Positions 40,580 to 51,406 of a DNA stretch of 64,000 nt are shown one piece after another. The position numbers and the translations under genes were made by a program. The notes under the pieces were generated by a model, which worked only from the letters and a program-made list of their open reading frames with translations, did not search any database and was not told where the DNA came from. Origin of the DNA: a virus; the IMG/VR virus record IMGVR_UViG_3300034685_000168, positions 32,001 to 96,000 of that record; one strand, 5' to 3'. Position 1 is the stretch's first letter. The number at the start of each line of letters is the position of its first letter.

Positions 40580-42811
40580 TTATTTGTAAATTAAAATATT
40601 TTTATTTTTCTTAAATGTTCTTAAATTTAAATAAATATGTTTTTCATTACCTAATACCTTTTTAACATCTTTGATAAAAATAATATTTTTAGCTATCCTA
40701 TTTAAAAATATATCAGGTATTTTAGCTAATAAAGGATTATTAATTTTACCAATACATACAATGTCTGTTTTACCTGTTGGTAATGTTTTTATTTCTTTAA
40801 TATCACCATCGGAAAAATTACTGATTCTAAGAATATTCTTATCTTTAGAATTCATATGTGCTATAAAATAATTTTTACCTGGGATATTAATTACATTTTC
40901 TATTTCAGTTAAATTACCTGAAGCATTAATGCTTTTTCTATAAGGTAGCTCAACTGTTGGACATTCTTTTATTTTTCCAAATTTATCTATTAATAAAACA
41001 TTATCAGAAACATGAAAAGTTTTTTTACCTTCTACTAAATATAATCCTTTGGTATAAAAGATTTTACCATCATCAAGAATAACAGTATATTTTAATTTAT
41101 TAGATGATGCTAATAAATACCCATTATCTTCCTTGGGTAATTCATACTTTTCTTCTGTCTCTATTCCAGTAGATTTAATATTATATTTATATGCATAAGA
41201 AGGATAATAAAATACATCTATATCTTTAGCTGTTTTAAATGAATTTAATTTTTTATTTAATTCATCTATATCATGAAGTTGTATAAATCCATTGTGTGTT
41301 TTATTAATAATATTAACTCCTATATTAAAATCTGGAGTTTTTGTTCTTCTCTCCTCTACTAGTTTTCCATATTTATTTTTCAACCATTCTGCATCGGAAT
41401 AAATTTTTTCATATATATTAGATATTGAATAATTTATCTCCTTTATTTTATTTATAACTATATCTTTTTCAACAACTAAGTTTTTACTTTTAGATTTAGT
41501 TAGTTCTATTATTTTCATTTCAGCTATAACACCAGCTTGAAATAGTGTTATATTAAATTTTTGTGATAATCTCTTTTTAGCTATATTATCATCTTCTGAT
41601 GTTCTTATTATATTAATTACATCATCTATATGATCTTGTATTTTTAAAAGAGCTTCTAATCTTCTTAATTTATTATATTGTCTTTTAGCTTCATATCCAT
41701 ATTGAGAAGAAATACTATAATATCTTTCTTCCATCCAATATTCTAATATTTCCAATGGTGTAAAAGCTTTGAATCTATTTTTATAAAATAAATTATATTT
41801 AAAAGATTCATTTTGACTAAAACTTGTTATCTTCTTAATTTTAGAAAGATATTCAAATATATCTTTGTTCTGTTTAAATGAAAATTCAAAGTCTGCATAT
41901 AATACATTCTTTATACCACCAGATACATCTTTAAATTCCAAGATATTCTGGAACCAAGATTTTTTATCTATCATCATATCTGTCATTTTTTTAGATATTG
42001 TATTAAGTGCAATAGAGTTGGGTAAAGATCTAATATTAATAATATTAGATGATAATGACATAGTTCCATCTACAAGCATTCTATAATCAAAATCTAATTT
42101 CCTAATACTATCTTCTATTTGTCTTTTATTCCTTAATAACCCATATGTTGGAAAGTCAGGAATTAAATATTTAACAACTCTATCTATTTCTTTTCTTATA
42201 TCTTTCTTTTCATGAATAATATTTATAGTTTCTAAAACAAGGTTAACTATATCATTTAAATTATACTGTGGTGCTTTACTATAAAATCCAGATCCAATAA
42301 CTGTTGTTCCTAATAATAAAGTTGTTGGTATTTTAGGAATAAAATATTCTGGTTCTAAAAAGTCTTCACCATCTACCTCAACCATATTTATAGTTCTTTC
42401 CATATTAGGGAAGAAAAATAAATCTTTAGAGAATTCAGATATCTTTCCTTCTAGATATCTTGGTTTACCTGCTTTATCTCCAGCATAACAACCAATACCA
42501 CCTTGATGATCTAGTAGTGGAATAGGAAAAACCCAAGGTTGCATCATACGTGACATTGTTTTTCCTATACTAGCATCTCCAGAAGGATGATATTCATTCA
42601 CAGCACTAACTTGTGCATGAACCTTTTTCATGGGCTTATCTTTTATCCCATATAATATTCTTCTTGTGACTTTATTTAGTCCATCCACAAGATGATTAGA
42701 TTTCTGTATGCATAGTTCTTTAGAGAACTCTTCCATATATGCTGTAATCAAGGTTCCAGCATCAGTTTCATCTCCAAGTCCTAAAAAACCATATTTTTGA
42801 TCTTCTTCCAT
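40580..42811 (-). CDS. gyrA: Type IIA topoisomerase subunit A (GyrA/ParC-like)
   Basis: DGLNKVTRRILY, YHPSGDASI, KPRY (catalytic Tyr), PDFPT. Confidence 0.85.
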   Translation of the reverse strand: MEEDQKYGFLGLGDETDAGTLITAYMEEFSKELCIQKSNHLVDGLNKVTRRILYGIKDKPMKKVHAQVSAVNEYHPSGDASIGKTMSRMMQPWVFPIPLLDHQGGIGCYAGDKAGKPRYLEGKISEFSKDLFFFPNMERTINMVEVDGEDFLEPEYFIPKIPTTLLLGTTVIGSGFYSKAPQYNLNDIVNLVLETINIIHEKKDIRKEIDRVVKYLIPDFPTYGLLRNKRQIEDSIRKLDFDYRMLVDGTMSLSSNIINIRSLPNSIALNTISKKMTDMMIDKKSWFQNILEFKDVSGGIKNVLYADFEFSFKQNKDIFEYLSKIKKITSFSQNESFKYNLFYKNRFKAFTPLEILEYWMEERYYSISSQYGYEAKRQYNKLRRLEALLKIQDHIDDVINIIRTSEDDNIAKKRLSQKFNITLFQAGVIAEMKIIELTKSKSKNLVVEKDIVINKIKEINYSISNIYEKIYSDAEWLKNKYGKLVEERRTKTPDFNIGVNIINKTHNGFIQLHDIDELNKKLNSFKTAKDIDVFYYPSYAYKYNIKSTGIETEEKYELPKEDNGYLLASSNKLKYTVILDDGKIFYTKGLYLVEGKKTFHVSDNVLLIDKFGKIKECPTVELPYRKSINASGNLTEIENVINIPGKNYFIAHMNSKDKNILRISNFSDGDIKEIKTLPTGKTDIVCIGKINNPLLAKIPDIFLNRIAKNIIFIKDVKKVLGNEKHIYLNLRTFKKNKNILIYK

Positions 42812-42904
42812 TAAGCCCCCAAAACTATCTATTTCAGTGATATAAAATGGTCAAAATTCATTAAAAAAAAGGGTAGGTGTATCATTACCTTACCCCTGTA
42901 TTTT

Positions 42905-43270
42905 TTAAGGAATTGGTATTTTTTGTTTTTCTATATTTTGGTCATCAAAAACTACCTCTATATCAGCTATTATAGATAACAAGTTTATATTTAAAATATC
43001 ACAAAATTCTTGAAGTTTTCTAAATGTTACTTTATCTGATTTTTGAAGCATTCTTGTAAAGTTATATGCTCTTGCAGATCTTTGTTTATTGTCTTGCATA
43101 TTAACTTCTTTTATTAGAAATTCATGACATTTGTTTATGAAATATTTTTTACCAATATTATTATTGATACATATTTTAACTAATAATCTTTTTAATATGT
43201 CATCAATATACTCTAAATCTTTTTCAACAAACAATGGCTCGCCTTCGGCCATTCTCCATTTATTATCCAT
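42905..43270 (-). CDS. Hypothetical protein, possible HTH
   Basis: VTFRKLQEFCDILNI. Confidence 0.5.
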   Translation of the reverse strand: MDNKWRMAEGEPLFVEKDLEYIDDILKRLLVKICINNNIGKKYFINKCHEFLIKEVNMQDNKQRSARAYNFTRMLQKSDKVTFRKLQEFCDILNINLLSIIADIEVVFDDQNIEKQKIPIP

Positions 43271-43284
43271 TATATTTATCCCTT

Positions 43285-43971
43285 TTAATTATCAATAATA
43301 ATTTGTAAATTATTTAAATATTGATTAATAGGTTCTCTATTTTCATAACTATCTTTATATATTGAAAAAATAATATATTGAAGATATATTGATAGTGTTG
43401 ATAAGTAATCATCTACATCCTCAGTTATATTTTTATTTGGAGTATTTATATCCATTGTTAAATTTTTAAATCCAGTCAAAATATGAGTATATAATTTAAT
43501 AGTTCTGATTTTTAAATTCATATTTTCTTGAAATAAAATATCATAATCTCTATTAAATTTATAAATTGCTAATTTTAATTGATTTCTCCTTTTAAAAGTT
43601 AAATTATTAGATGTATGTTTTAATAATACAAAAGCTGCTAGACTAGTTATTTGTGCATTAAGTATATTATATAAATGTTCATTATATTCTGGAAGAGTAG
43701 ATTTTCCAATTGACTTAGATAATTTCACTAAATGAAGTTTAGTAATAAAATCATGTTTATTATTTTTCTTCTTCTTTTTTACAAACAATTTATCTATTAT
43801 TGTTTCTTTATCAAAACAATAATATTTGAATGCTTTCATTTTATCAAAATGTGTTGATAATACAACATATGTTACTGTATTAATTTTATGTAATAAATTT
43901 TCTTGTTCTTTTTCATCATTAGATGAAAAATATTTTGTTATAAATTCAGTATACTTATAAAATTCGTCCAT
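43285..43971 (-). CDS. Hypothetical protein
   Basis: 228-aa ORF directly downstream of the topoisomerase B subunit. Confidence 0.65.
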   Translation of the reverse strand: MDEFYKYTEFITKYFSSNDEKEQENLLHKINTVTYVVLSTHFDKMKAFKYYCFDKETIIDKLFVKKKKKNNKHDFITKLHLVKLSKSIGKSTLPEYNEHLYNILNAQITSLAAFVLLKHTSNNLTFKRRNQLKLAIYKFNRDYDILFQENMNLKIRTIKLYTHILTGFKNLTMDINTPNKNITEDVDDYLSTLSIYLQYIIFSIYKDSYENREPINQYLNNLQIIIDN

Positions 43972-43976
43972 TATAT

Positions 43977-46406
43977 TTATTCTCCTTCAATAAATTGTTT
44001 TCTATATGTTGGGTCAACTCCCATCATTCGATATATTTTTTCTGTTTCTCCTAATTCCGTTATTGTAATAAATGATCTTGTTCTTGGATTAACACATATT
44101 TCGTATAAGTCTTCTGGATTTAAAACACCTATTCCTTTATATCTACTTATAGAAACCATAGAAGCAAGTGTATCAAGAATATTATTTAAATAACATATAG
44201 TAACAGGAGTTTGGTTATACTCTTCTGAATTTTTAGAAGTTATTTTAAATACATATTTATCATAATTTATTTTAGCTAAGATAGGATATATCTTTGTTTT
44301 TAATTTTTCATATAAACCATGAAGAGGAATAGTAAATTCACCACCATCTTCAAAATCTATAGATAATGTATTCCTTAATTCATCATACAACACTGGTTTA
44401 TTAATTAACTTAGATATTCCTTCTACATTAACATTATCAGGTTCAAATAGTTTATAATACAATGCAAATATTTCTAAAAAAGTTGGATCAACATTGGTAT
44501 TTTTTGCATATGTAATTATTTGAGTATTTATGTTTTTAACCATATATATTACATCTCTATATGCTCCATTTTCTAATTTTTTATCTACATAATTCATACC
44601 ATCTTTTATAGATACAAAAATATCTAAAGAAGGTTTGTAAACTTTTTCTATTAACTCATCATTTTTAGCTTTATAATCTTTTAAGAATAAAGTTTTATTT
44701 TTATACTTCATACAGTATAAAGGTGGGTTAGCAACCACTACTCTTCCTTGAGCTAAAATCAATGGGTTAATTGTGTAAAATATAGAACACAATAGAGATG
44801 CAATATGTAATCCATCTATATCGGCATCTGTAAGTATTATTATTTTACTAAAGTTCATATTATTAAGATCAGTATCTGTTTCTGATACACCTAATATTTG
44901 TTTTATATCTTTAAAAACAGCATCTTTATTAGCTTTCTTTTTTTCTTTAACAGCATTGACTGTCTTACCTGTTAGAAAATAGATAGCTTGAAAATCAGCA
45001 TCTCTTGCTGCTTTCAAAGTATTACCGGCTGTTTCACCTTCTGTAAAGAATATTTCTGTAACTCTATTATCTTTACTTCTACAAGGTTTATAATTATCTG
45101 GTTTTTCTAAACTAGAATATACATTAGACAATCCTTTAGTTTTAATTTGTCTTTTATTATAAATCTTATATCTTTCTTCTATATCAGGAAGTAGCAATTC
45201 AAATAATTCTTTTATTTCTTCTTCTCTTTGATATAGTAATTTAGATAAAATATTTCCATATATCTGCCTGAAGATAATGTCAACATAACCTTCTTTAGCA
45301 GCACCTATATATTTAGCTCCTTTTATAGCAGCAATAATAGATGGTAAAATAGGAAGTTTATAATATGAATCAAAAAAGGCTTTTATTTCTACATCGCCTT
45401 CATCAAAATAATTGGACATAATACTTTTTAATGTATTATAAAATACCACAATGTGATCTGAATGTTGTAGTTTCATAAATACACCATTAACTGCAGATAT
45501 TACAATAGTATTAGAAGGTACATGAAATGAATTGGGAACAACAAAATTTATTTCAAATCCAAATTTAGTTTTATCGTTATAATTATAATTAATATTCTCC
45601 ATAGAAAATACTATATTTTTATCAGTTATTCCATAATACTTTTGAATATATTTTTTCATAGTCTTAGGTTGTTCTGTTTTAAAGACTAATTTTAAATTTT
45701 GCATATCAAAAATATTATTTAAAGTATTTTTTATATCTCCTTTTAGTTTAATTAAAGGAATTTTATTTTGTTTGTGTTTATAATAATGAATATTTACATT
45801 ATGTTCTGATACATAACTTATAAATTCTATATATTCATCTAATAATCTTTCACCTTCTCCACCAATAAAATCTTTTGCATCTATAAAGATCTTATCATCA
45901 GATTGAATCATTATTGTTGTTCCGTAATTACCATGATCTTCTTTGGTAACTACAGACTCTAATATTTCTCCTTCTTTAATAAGAAGTTTAGCAGTTCCTT
46001 CTGGTCTTTTAGATATAGCACAAACTACTGAACTAGCAGCACACGAAGCAACAACACCTATACCATATGCACCAGCAGTATTTTTTGTATAAGCACCAGA
46101 ATTTTGTTTACCAGAAGCATATAATTTAGTTAATAATACTTCTAAACTATTAAGAGGAATACCTCTACCTTTATCCACTATAGTTACTTGATAACCACCG
46201 TTATAACTTCTTAAATAAACTTCTATAGGTTCTGTTGTGCCTATAGCAGCATGTTCATCAACACTATTATCTACATTTTCTCGTATTACAAGAACTTGAC
46301 CTTTAGGTCCCATTTCACCTATAACTGAAGAAGGCGACATTCTAATACCATACATATCATTTTTAGGTATTGTAATATCATTATCTGTATAAGAACTAAC
46401 AACCAT
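43977..46406 (-). CDS. gyrB: Type IIA topoisomerase subunit B (GyrB/ParE-like)
   Basis: GHKL motifs ENVDNSVDE, DKGRGIP, GAYGIG; TOPRIM motifs TEG, DADIDG, RYKGIG. Confidence 0.9.
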   Translation of the reverse strand: MVVSSYTDNDITIPKNDMYGIRMSPSSVIGEMGPKGQVLVIRENVDNSVDEHAAIGTTEPIEVYLRSYNGGYQVTIVDKGRGIPLNSLEVLLTKLYASGKQNSGAYTKNTAGAYGIGVVASCAASSVVCAISKRPEGTAKLLIKEGEILESVVTKEDHGNYGTTIMIQSDDKIFIDAKDFIGGEGERLLDEYIEFISYVSEHNVNIHYYKHKQNKIPLIKLKGDIKNTLNNIFDMQNLKLVFKTEQPKTMKKYIQKYYGITDKNIVFSMENINYNYNDKTKFGFEINFVVPNSFHVPSNTIVISAVNGVFMKLQHSDHIVVFYNTLKSIMSNYFDEGDVEIKAFFDSYYKLPILPSIIAAIKGAKYIGAAKEGYVDIIFRQIYGNILSKLLYQREEEIKELFELLLPDIEERYKIYNKRQIKTKGLSNVYSSLEKPDNYKPCRSKDNRVTEIFFTEGETAGNTLKAARDADFQAIYFLTGKTVNAVKEKKKANKDAVFKDIKQILGVSETDTDLNNMNFSKIIILTDADIDGLHIASLLCSIFYTINPLILAQGRVVVANPPLYCMKYKNKTLFLKDYKAKNDELIEKVYKPSLDIFVSIKDGMNYVDKKLENGAYRDVIYMVKNINTQIITYAKNTNVDPTFLEIFALYYKLFEPDNVNVEGISKLINKPVLYDELRNTLSIDFEDGGEFTIPLHGLYEKLKTKIYPILAKINYDKYVFKITSKNSEEYNQTPVTICYLNNILDTLASMVSISRYKGIGVLNPEDLYEICVNPRTRSFITITELGETEKIYRMMGVDPTYRKQFIEGE

Positions 46407-46455
46407 AATATTTTCTCCTCTTTCTATTTGTAATTTTTATATTATTTCTTTAATA

Positions 46456-46482
46456 GTAATATATAAATAAAAAAATAGTGAA
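46456..46482 (-). promoter_or_regulatory. Putative early promoter of the topoisomerase operon
   Basis: GTAATATATAAATAAAAAAATAGTGAA. Confidence 0.7.
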
Positions 46483-46521
46483 CATATTTTAATATAGTAT
46501 GTTTAATTAATAATAAAAAAT

Positions 46522-46557
46522 ATATTACTACTCCAGAATCAACTGGAGTAGTAATAT
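46522..46557. terminator. Hairpin terminator
   Basis: ATATTACTACTCCAG...CTGGAGTAGTAATAT. Confidence 0.75.
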
Positions 46558-46561
46558 GTAA

Positions 46562-47029
46562 TTAATCTATTTCATCTAAATTTATATCTATATATTCAGG
46601 ATTTTCTATAAGTTCTGTTTCTTTAATTGTTATGTTATTTTTATTAACTATATCTTCTAATTTATCATCACTAAATGTTTTATTTTTAATCATATTAAAA
46701 TTAACTTTAGGAAGTATAGATGTAATATCAGAACTAATATCTTCTATAATTTCATTAGCCTTATTCTTTAATTCTAGTTTTGCTTTATCAACATAAGCCT
46801 TATCATAAGAATTTATAGTATCATTTAATGTTTTTATAACAGACATTTGAGCTAATACCACTTCAGAACCTTTTGGATTATTAATAATATCTTTTAAATT
46901 AATATCTTCTAATGGTTCTAATAATTTATTTATAATTTTATTTCTTATAACATTAGTTTTTTCAATAGATGTTTCTACATCTTTCATAAATTTAGGTTGA
47001 ACTACTTTTATTTCTTCTTGTTCTTCCAT
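46562..47029 (-). CDS. Hypothetical helical protein
   Basis: 155-aa ORF. Confidence 0.65.
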   Translation of the reverse strand: MEEQEEIKVVQPKFMKDVETSIEKTNVIRNKIINKLLEPLEDINLKDIINNPKGSEVVLAQMSVIKTLNDTINSYDKAYVDKAKLELKNKANEIIEDISSDITSILPKVNFNMIKNKTFSDDKLEDIVNKNNITIKETELIENPEYIDINLDEID

Positions 47030-47048
47030 AATAAAAAGCCTTTTTTAT

Positions 47049-47714
47049 TTAACCTATCTTCTCACTAAAATATAATACAAGTGCATCATTGTTAGAAGAC
47101 ATTCTAAGTTGATCTATATTGATATTAAATTTTTCAGACTTATCTTTTCTTTTATTATGATCAGCAAGTTTAATAAATGCTGTTAGAATATCAGCTGTTT
47201 TTACTTGACTTGCACTATTAAAACCTGGTATTTTAACAGAAGACACTCCTTGGAAAATACAATTATCAGAAGTAATACCTGATCTATGTTTTTCTATAAA
47301 TGAAAGAACTTCATCAAATACTTTAAAACTTTTAACTCTAAATAGAACAGAAGTAATGGAAATTAAATTACGCACATGTTGTTCAAGATCTTTAGTCATT
47401 GGTCTTGAAACACCTTTGATTTTTTCTGCTGTTTTTTCATAATCTTTTAGAATAATTTTGATATTTTTTAAAAATAGTTCATCTACAGTAGGTTTTTTAA
47501 CTTCTTCTTCTATAGGAACAACTTTTTCTTTTACTTCTTCTTCTGGTTCTGGTACAACTTCTTCTTTTACTTCTTCTTCTTCTGGTTCTTTTTCATCTTC
47601 TGAAGTCAGGTTATCTTCTTCAGATAGTTCTTCTACATTTACATTTTCTGATTCCATTTCATTTTCTCCTGTTACTGGATTAATAGTTTTAATTCTATTT
47701 TTTTTCTTAGCCAT
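47049..47714 (-). CDS. Hypothetical protein with acidic repeat N-terminus
   Basis: EEEVKE(E/K)VVP repeats; AGGAG RBS. Confidence 0.7.
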   Translation of the reverse strand: MAKKKNRIKTINPVTGENEMESENVNVEELSEEDNLTSEDEKEPEEEEVKEEVVPEPEEEVKEKVVPIEEEVKKPTVDELFLKNIKIILKDYEKTAEKIKGVSRPMTKDLEQHVRNLISITSVLFRVKSFKVFDEVLSFIEKHRSGITSDNCIFQGVSSVKIPGFNSASQVKTADILTAFIKLADHNKRKDKSEKFNINIDQLRMSSNNDALVLYFSEKIG

Positions 47715-47759
47715 TTTATTTCTTCTCCTTATATATTTATATAATCTTTTATATAATAT

Positions 47760-48992
47760 TTAGAAACTAATAAAATAATCTTCAAATTTAAACTTTTTTA
47801 TATTAACTTTAGATCCATGCATAGATTTCATTTTAAAGTTCATAGTGTCATTACCAATTGATGCAATATTATCGACAACCGTTTTTTGTTCTAATAATTC
47901 ATAATCCATATGTGTACAATGATAACATAAACCATTTTTTACTTTACAGTGAAAAGGATCTCGTAGTATTACTTTTTTATTTAAATATTGATTTATATTA
48001 TCAATAGTTAAAACTACAGTTTTATCTCCTTCGATAATATATCGTCCTAAATAAGTTTCTGTATCTTTTATTATTTCTTCTCTACCTTCCGTAGTACCAC
48101 AATCTATTTCTGATATTTCTAATGAACTAAATACTCTATAAAGTAATTTAGCCAAATACCCACCTTCTCTAGTTCCAATACCTCTATCAGAAGAACCTTT
48201 TACAATAGTATTACATATAGCAGCAAAGTCTTTTTTTTTCCAACCTGATAATAATGAAGATTCAATAAAATCGAATGTTCCTTCATCTTTATTAAATCTC
48301 TCTACAACACCTTGCATTAAAAATAATGTTTTTCTATGTACATCAAAAGCTTTACTTCCTATAGCATCATAAAAAATAATACCTATATCATCTTTTAAAG
48401 TATCTCTATCTAGTGCAATAAGTTCATCTTCTATATTAATAATAATTTTAAATTTTTCATTCTCATCTAAATTAGGATCTAATAATTCTTCTTTATGAAG
48501 ATTTAATAATTCCTGAGCTCGTTTTAGCACTATATCAGAAACAACTATAGAATCACTACTAAAAGATGCCGTATGTAATTCATTAAAATGTGCTATAAAC
48601 CTTAAATTATCTAAGAATATACCATAGTCTTCAACTGTTAAAGATTTATCATATAATCTTAATTTTATTTGTTGATGAATTTTACTAATAGTTGATTTAG
48701 TGAATCCTTCGTTTATATATTGAAAACTTTCTGTAAAATTATCAATATGTTTAAATGGATCAACTAATAAAATATAATTACCAATATATTGTCCTATATT
48801 AGTTAATATTGGAGTATTTTTATTATAGTTTTCAATCATACCTTTTTCTAAATAAAATTCCGATCTTAATGGTATTTTAAACTTAGTATCATTTTCATCT
48901 AAAGGTGGTGTGAATGTATCTATTAAAAATTTTCTATATAATAAATTTTCTCTATTATCAACTAGATAATTTATTTGTTTTTCATTTAACAT
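47760..48992 (-). CDS. Virion RNA polymerase beta-prime subunit fragment (phiKZ gp80-like)
   Basis: Bridge helix GSSDRG..T..GGYLAK, DCGT, LRDP..C....CxxC, trigger loop MKSMH. Confidence 0.85.
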   Translation of the reverse strand: MLNEKQINYLVDNRENLLYRKFLIDTFTPPLDENDTKFKIPLRSEFYLEKGMIENYNKNTPILTNIGQYIGNYILLVDPFKHIDNFTESFQYINEGFTKSTISKIHQQIKLRLYDKSLTVEDYGIFLDNLRFIAHFNELHTASFSSDSIVVSDIVLKRAQELLNLHKEELLDPNLDENEKFKIIINIEDELIALDRDTLKDDIGIIFYDAIGSKAFDVHRKTLFLMQGVVERFNKDEGTFDFIESSLLSGWKKKDFAAICNTIVKGSSDRGIGTREGGYLAKLLYRVFSSLEISEIDCGTTEGREEIIKDTETYLGRYIIEGDKTVVLTIDNINQYLNKKVILRDPFHCKVKNGLCYHCTHMDYELLEQKTVVDNIASIGNDTMNFKMKSMHGSKVNIKKFKFEDYFISF

Positions 48993-48999
48993 TAGTTAA

Positions 49000-49548
49000 T
49001 TATCCTTCTAATATAATTTTACTAGGTGGACCATTTTCTCTTATTTTATTTATTATAAACTCCAGGTATCCTTTAAATATTTCTTTATTACTTATATCAT
49101 AAAAATATTTAGTTAGTAGTAAATTATAATTTTCATTTAATGGATATGATTTATTAAAAGCTAAAATAATATTGATTATTAATGATGAATTATCTTCTTC
49201 ATAATCGAAAACTTCATTATGAATTAGTTCTTCTATATCATAAGATAAATCTGTATTTTGTTCAAATATATTTATTAGATCTTGTTTTCTAAATACTTTT
49301 CTTAATATTTCTATTAATTTTAATTTAGAAAAACTACTAAATAATTCATCTTTTTCAATATTAATAATAATACCAGCTTGTATAAGTTCTTCATATATTG
49401 AATAATAAGTATTTAATAATACATCTTTAATAGTGACATATTCTTCTTCATTATTCTCATCCCTATTCTCCAAATACTCTCTTGCATAAGCTGATATTTC
49501 TGCTAATTCTCTAATTTTTAATTCATAATCTATTTCATCTACAAACAT
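49000..49548 (-). CDS. Hypothetical protein
   Basis: 182-aa ORF in an operon with the RNAP subunit. Confidence 0.65.
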   Translation of the reverse strand: MFVDEIDYELKIRELAEISAYAREYLENRDENNEEEYVTIKDVLLNTYYSIYEELIQAGIIINIEKDELFSSFSKLKLIEILRKVFRKQDLINIFEQNTDLSYDIEELIHNEVFDYEEDNSSLIINIILAFNKSYPLNENYNLLLTKYFYDISNKEIFKGYLEFIINKIRENGPPSKIILEG

Positions 49549-49551
49549 AAT

Positions 49552-50493
49552 TTATTTCTCTTTTCTAGTTATTTGAACTAAAACGTTATGAGTTTCATTA
49601 ATAATAACTTTACCAGTTGTTAATAAAGTAAACAACCATTTGTTTATGAACTGTGTATAAATTAATAAATTATCTAATTGTTTTTTATAAATATCATAAT
49701 CTAAATTTTTACCTTTAATAATTTTTTCAACTTGTTTTTCTATAATATCTAATTCATTATATTTATTATCAAATTTACTAATTATATTTACCATCTGATC
49801 AGATAATTGTTTTTTAACAAAATTAAAAAAATTATCATAATCATAATTTAAATTAACTAATGAATCGTTTTTATATTTATCTTTAATATTAAATTCTATC
49901 TTTAAGTCTTGGGTAACTATACCTTCTATTTCTTCTATTATATCAATAAATGATTTTAAACTTTTAGTATTTTTATCAATTTTATTTTCTATAATAGATG
50001 TTACTTCATTTTTATCCAATAACTTAAGATTAAAAGATTTAATAAAATTATCAGTAATTTTAGATAAGTAATTAAAATCTAAAGTATTAATACTTTTATT
50101 ATTAATATTATTTATTACTATTTCTCTATCTAATTTAATAGCTTCTTCTCTAGCTGCTTTTATTTTTTTACTATCTGTAATTATAGAGTTATAAAGTTTT
50201 TTAAATAAATTAGAAAAAAAAGAAATAATATCTTTTATTTTTTTCCAAAGATAGTCTAAAGCATCAGAAATTACACCATTAAGAAATATCTTTATATCTT
50301 CTTTATTTTTACATATATTAAGTTCTTGTTCTATATCAGTATCATAAAAATAAAATAAATAATCTCTAGCTTCTGTATAAGTTAATTTATCTATAGTTTT
50401 ATTTAAAAATAAATTTAACATATGAATATCTTTTTGTACTAGAGTACAATCCATAATTATATTATCTACATAATTCATATTGTATATTTCCAT
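49552..50493 (-). CDS. Putative internal head protein (phiKZ paralog-family architecture)
   Basis: Short prodomain then GVISDALDYLWKKIKDIISFF amphipathic helix. Confidence 0.55.
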   Translation of the reverse strand: MEIYNMNYVDNIIMDCTLVQKDIHMLNLFLNKTIDKLTYTEARDYLFYFYDTDIEQELNICKNKEDIKIFLNGVISDALDYLWKKIKDIISFFSNLFKKLYNSIITDSKKIKAAREEAIKLDREIVINNINNKSINTLDFNYLSKITDNFIKSFNLKLLDKNEVTSIIENKIDKNTKSLKSFIDIIEEIEGIVTQDLKIEFNIKDKYKNDSLVNLNYDYDNFFNFVKKQLSDQMVNIISKFDNKYNELDIIEKQVEKIIKGKNLDYDIYKKQLDNLLIYTQFINKWLFTLLTTGKVIINETHNVLVQITRKEK

Positions 50494-50514
50494 AATTAAT
50501 TCTTATCCTTTTTT

Positions 50515-50955
50515 TTAATTTAAAAAAAATATTATATTGTGTAAAAAATTAAATAATTGTTCCCATTCAAATTCATCTTCTTTTATAAAAATTAAATTAA
50601 ATAACAATACAATAATAATTGCTATATATTTAATTGTTTTTTTCAAACTATATTTAAATTTATATTTTTTTATAATTTTATCTATATCAGGAAATGTATA
50701 AACCATAACCTCTTCTTGATTATTTTGTGTATAACGTTTTACTATTAATTTATTTTCTTCTCTTTCTATTATTTCAATAAAATTATCTGATATTATTTTT
50801 ATCTTAAATTTGTCATGTTTATTCGAATCTATGTAATCATCTATTATATCAAAAATTAAAGAAAGAGTTATACTATTATGTTGGTGTATTTTTTCTTTAT
50901 TTAATTTTTTATTAACTTCGTTTAAAATATATAATTTATTTCTTTTATCACCCAT
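50515..50955 (-). CDS. Hypothetical membrane protein
   Basis: C-terminal TM segment YIAIIIVLLFNLIFI. Confidence 0.6.
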   Translation of the reverse strand: MGDKRNKLYILNEVNKKLNKEKIHQHNSITLSLIFDIIDDYIDSNKHDKFKIKIISDNFIEIIEREENKLIVKRYTQNNQEEVMVYTFPDIDKIIKKYKFKYSLKKTIKYIAIIIVLLFNLIFIKEDEFEWEQLFNFLHNIIFFLN

Positions 50956-51058
50956 TACATAATTTCCTAAATATTATTATGGTTAATATATAAAATATTA
51001 AAAAAAATAAATAGTTGTTAAATATACTAGGTGAATTAAATTCACCTAGTATATATAT

Positions 51059-51406
51059 TTAATAATCTATATTAGATATAATTGTTTTTATATCTATTAT
51101 GTATTGAATAACAAATGGTTTCTCTATTGTTATAGATTTTCCCACAACACTATTATTAAAATAAGATTTATCTAAATAATTTATTCTAACAATGTAAAAA
51201 GTTTCATTTCTTGATAAAATTGTTATATCAGTTATTTTACTTTCTTCTATTTTACATAGTTTTTCTACTGCTTCTTTTACCATTTCAAATTCATCATGAA
51301 CTTTACATAATCTTGACCAAAATTTTTGATATTTTTTATTTTCAAGATCATTCATTAATTTTATGTATTTCAATACAAATTTATTTTTAATTCTAGAATG
51401 TATCAT
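51059..51406 (-). CDS. Hypothetical early protein
   Basis: AAGGAG RBS; early promoter at 51558-51584; hairpin 51022-51055 downstream. Confidence 0.7.
   Translation of the reverse strand: MIHSRIKNKFVLKYIKLMNDLENKKYQKFWSRLCKVHDEFEMVKEAVEKLCKIEESKITDITILSRNETFYIVRINYLDKSYFNNSVVGKSITIEKPFVIQYIIDIKTIISNIDY

Noticed and set aside
47500-47600. Nucleotide repeats as a mobile or regulatory element
   Set aside because: Explained by EEEVKE peptide repeats in the coding sequence
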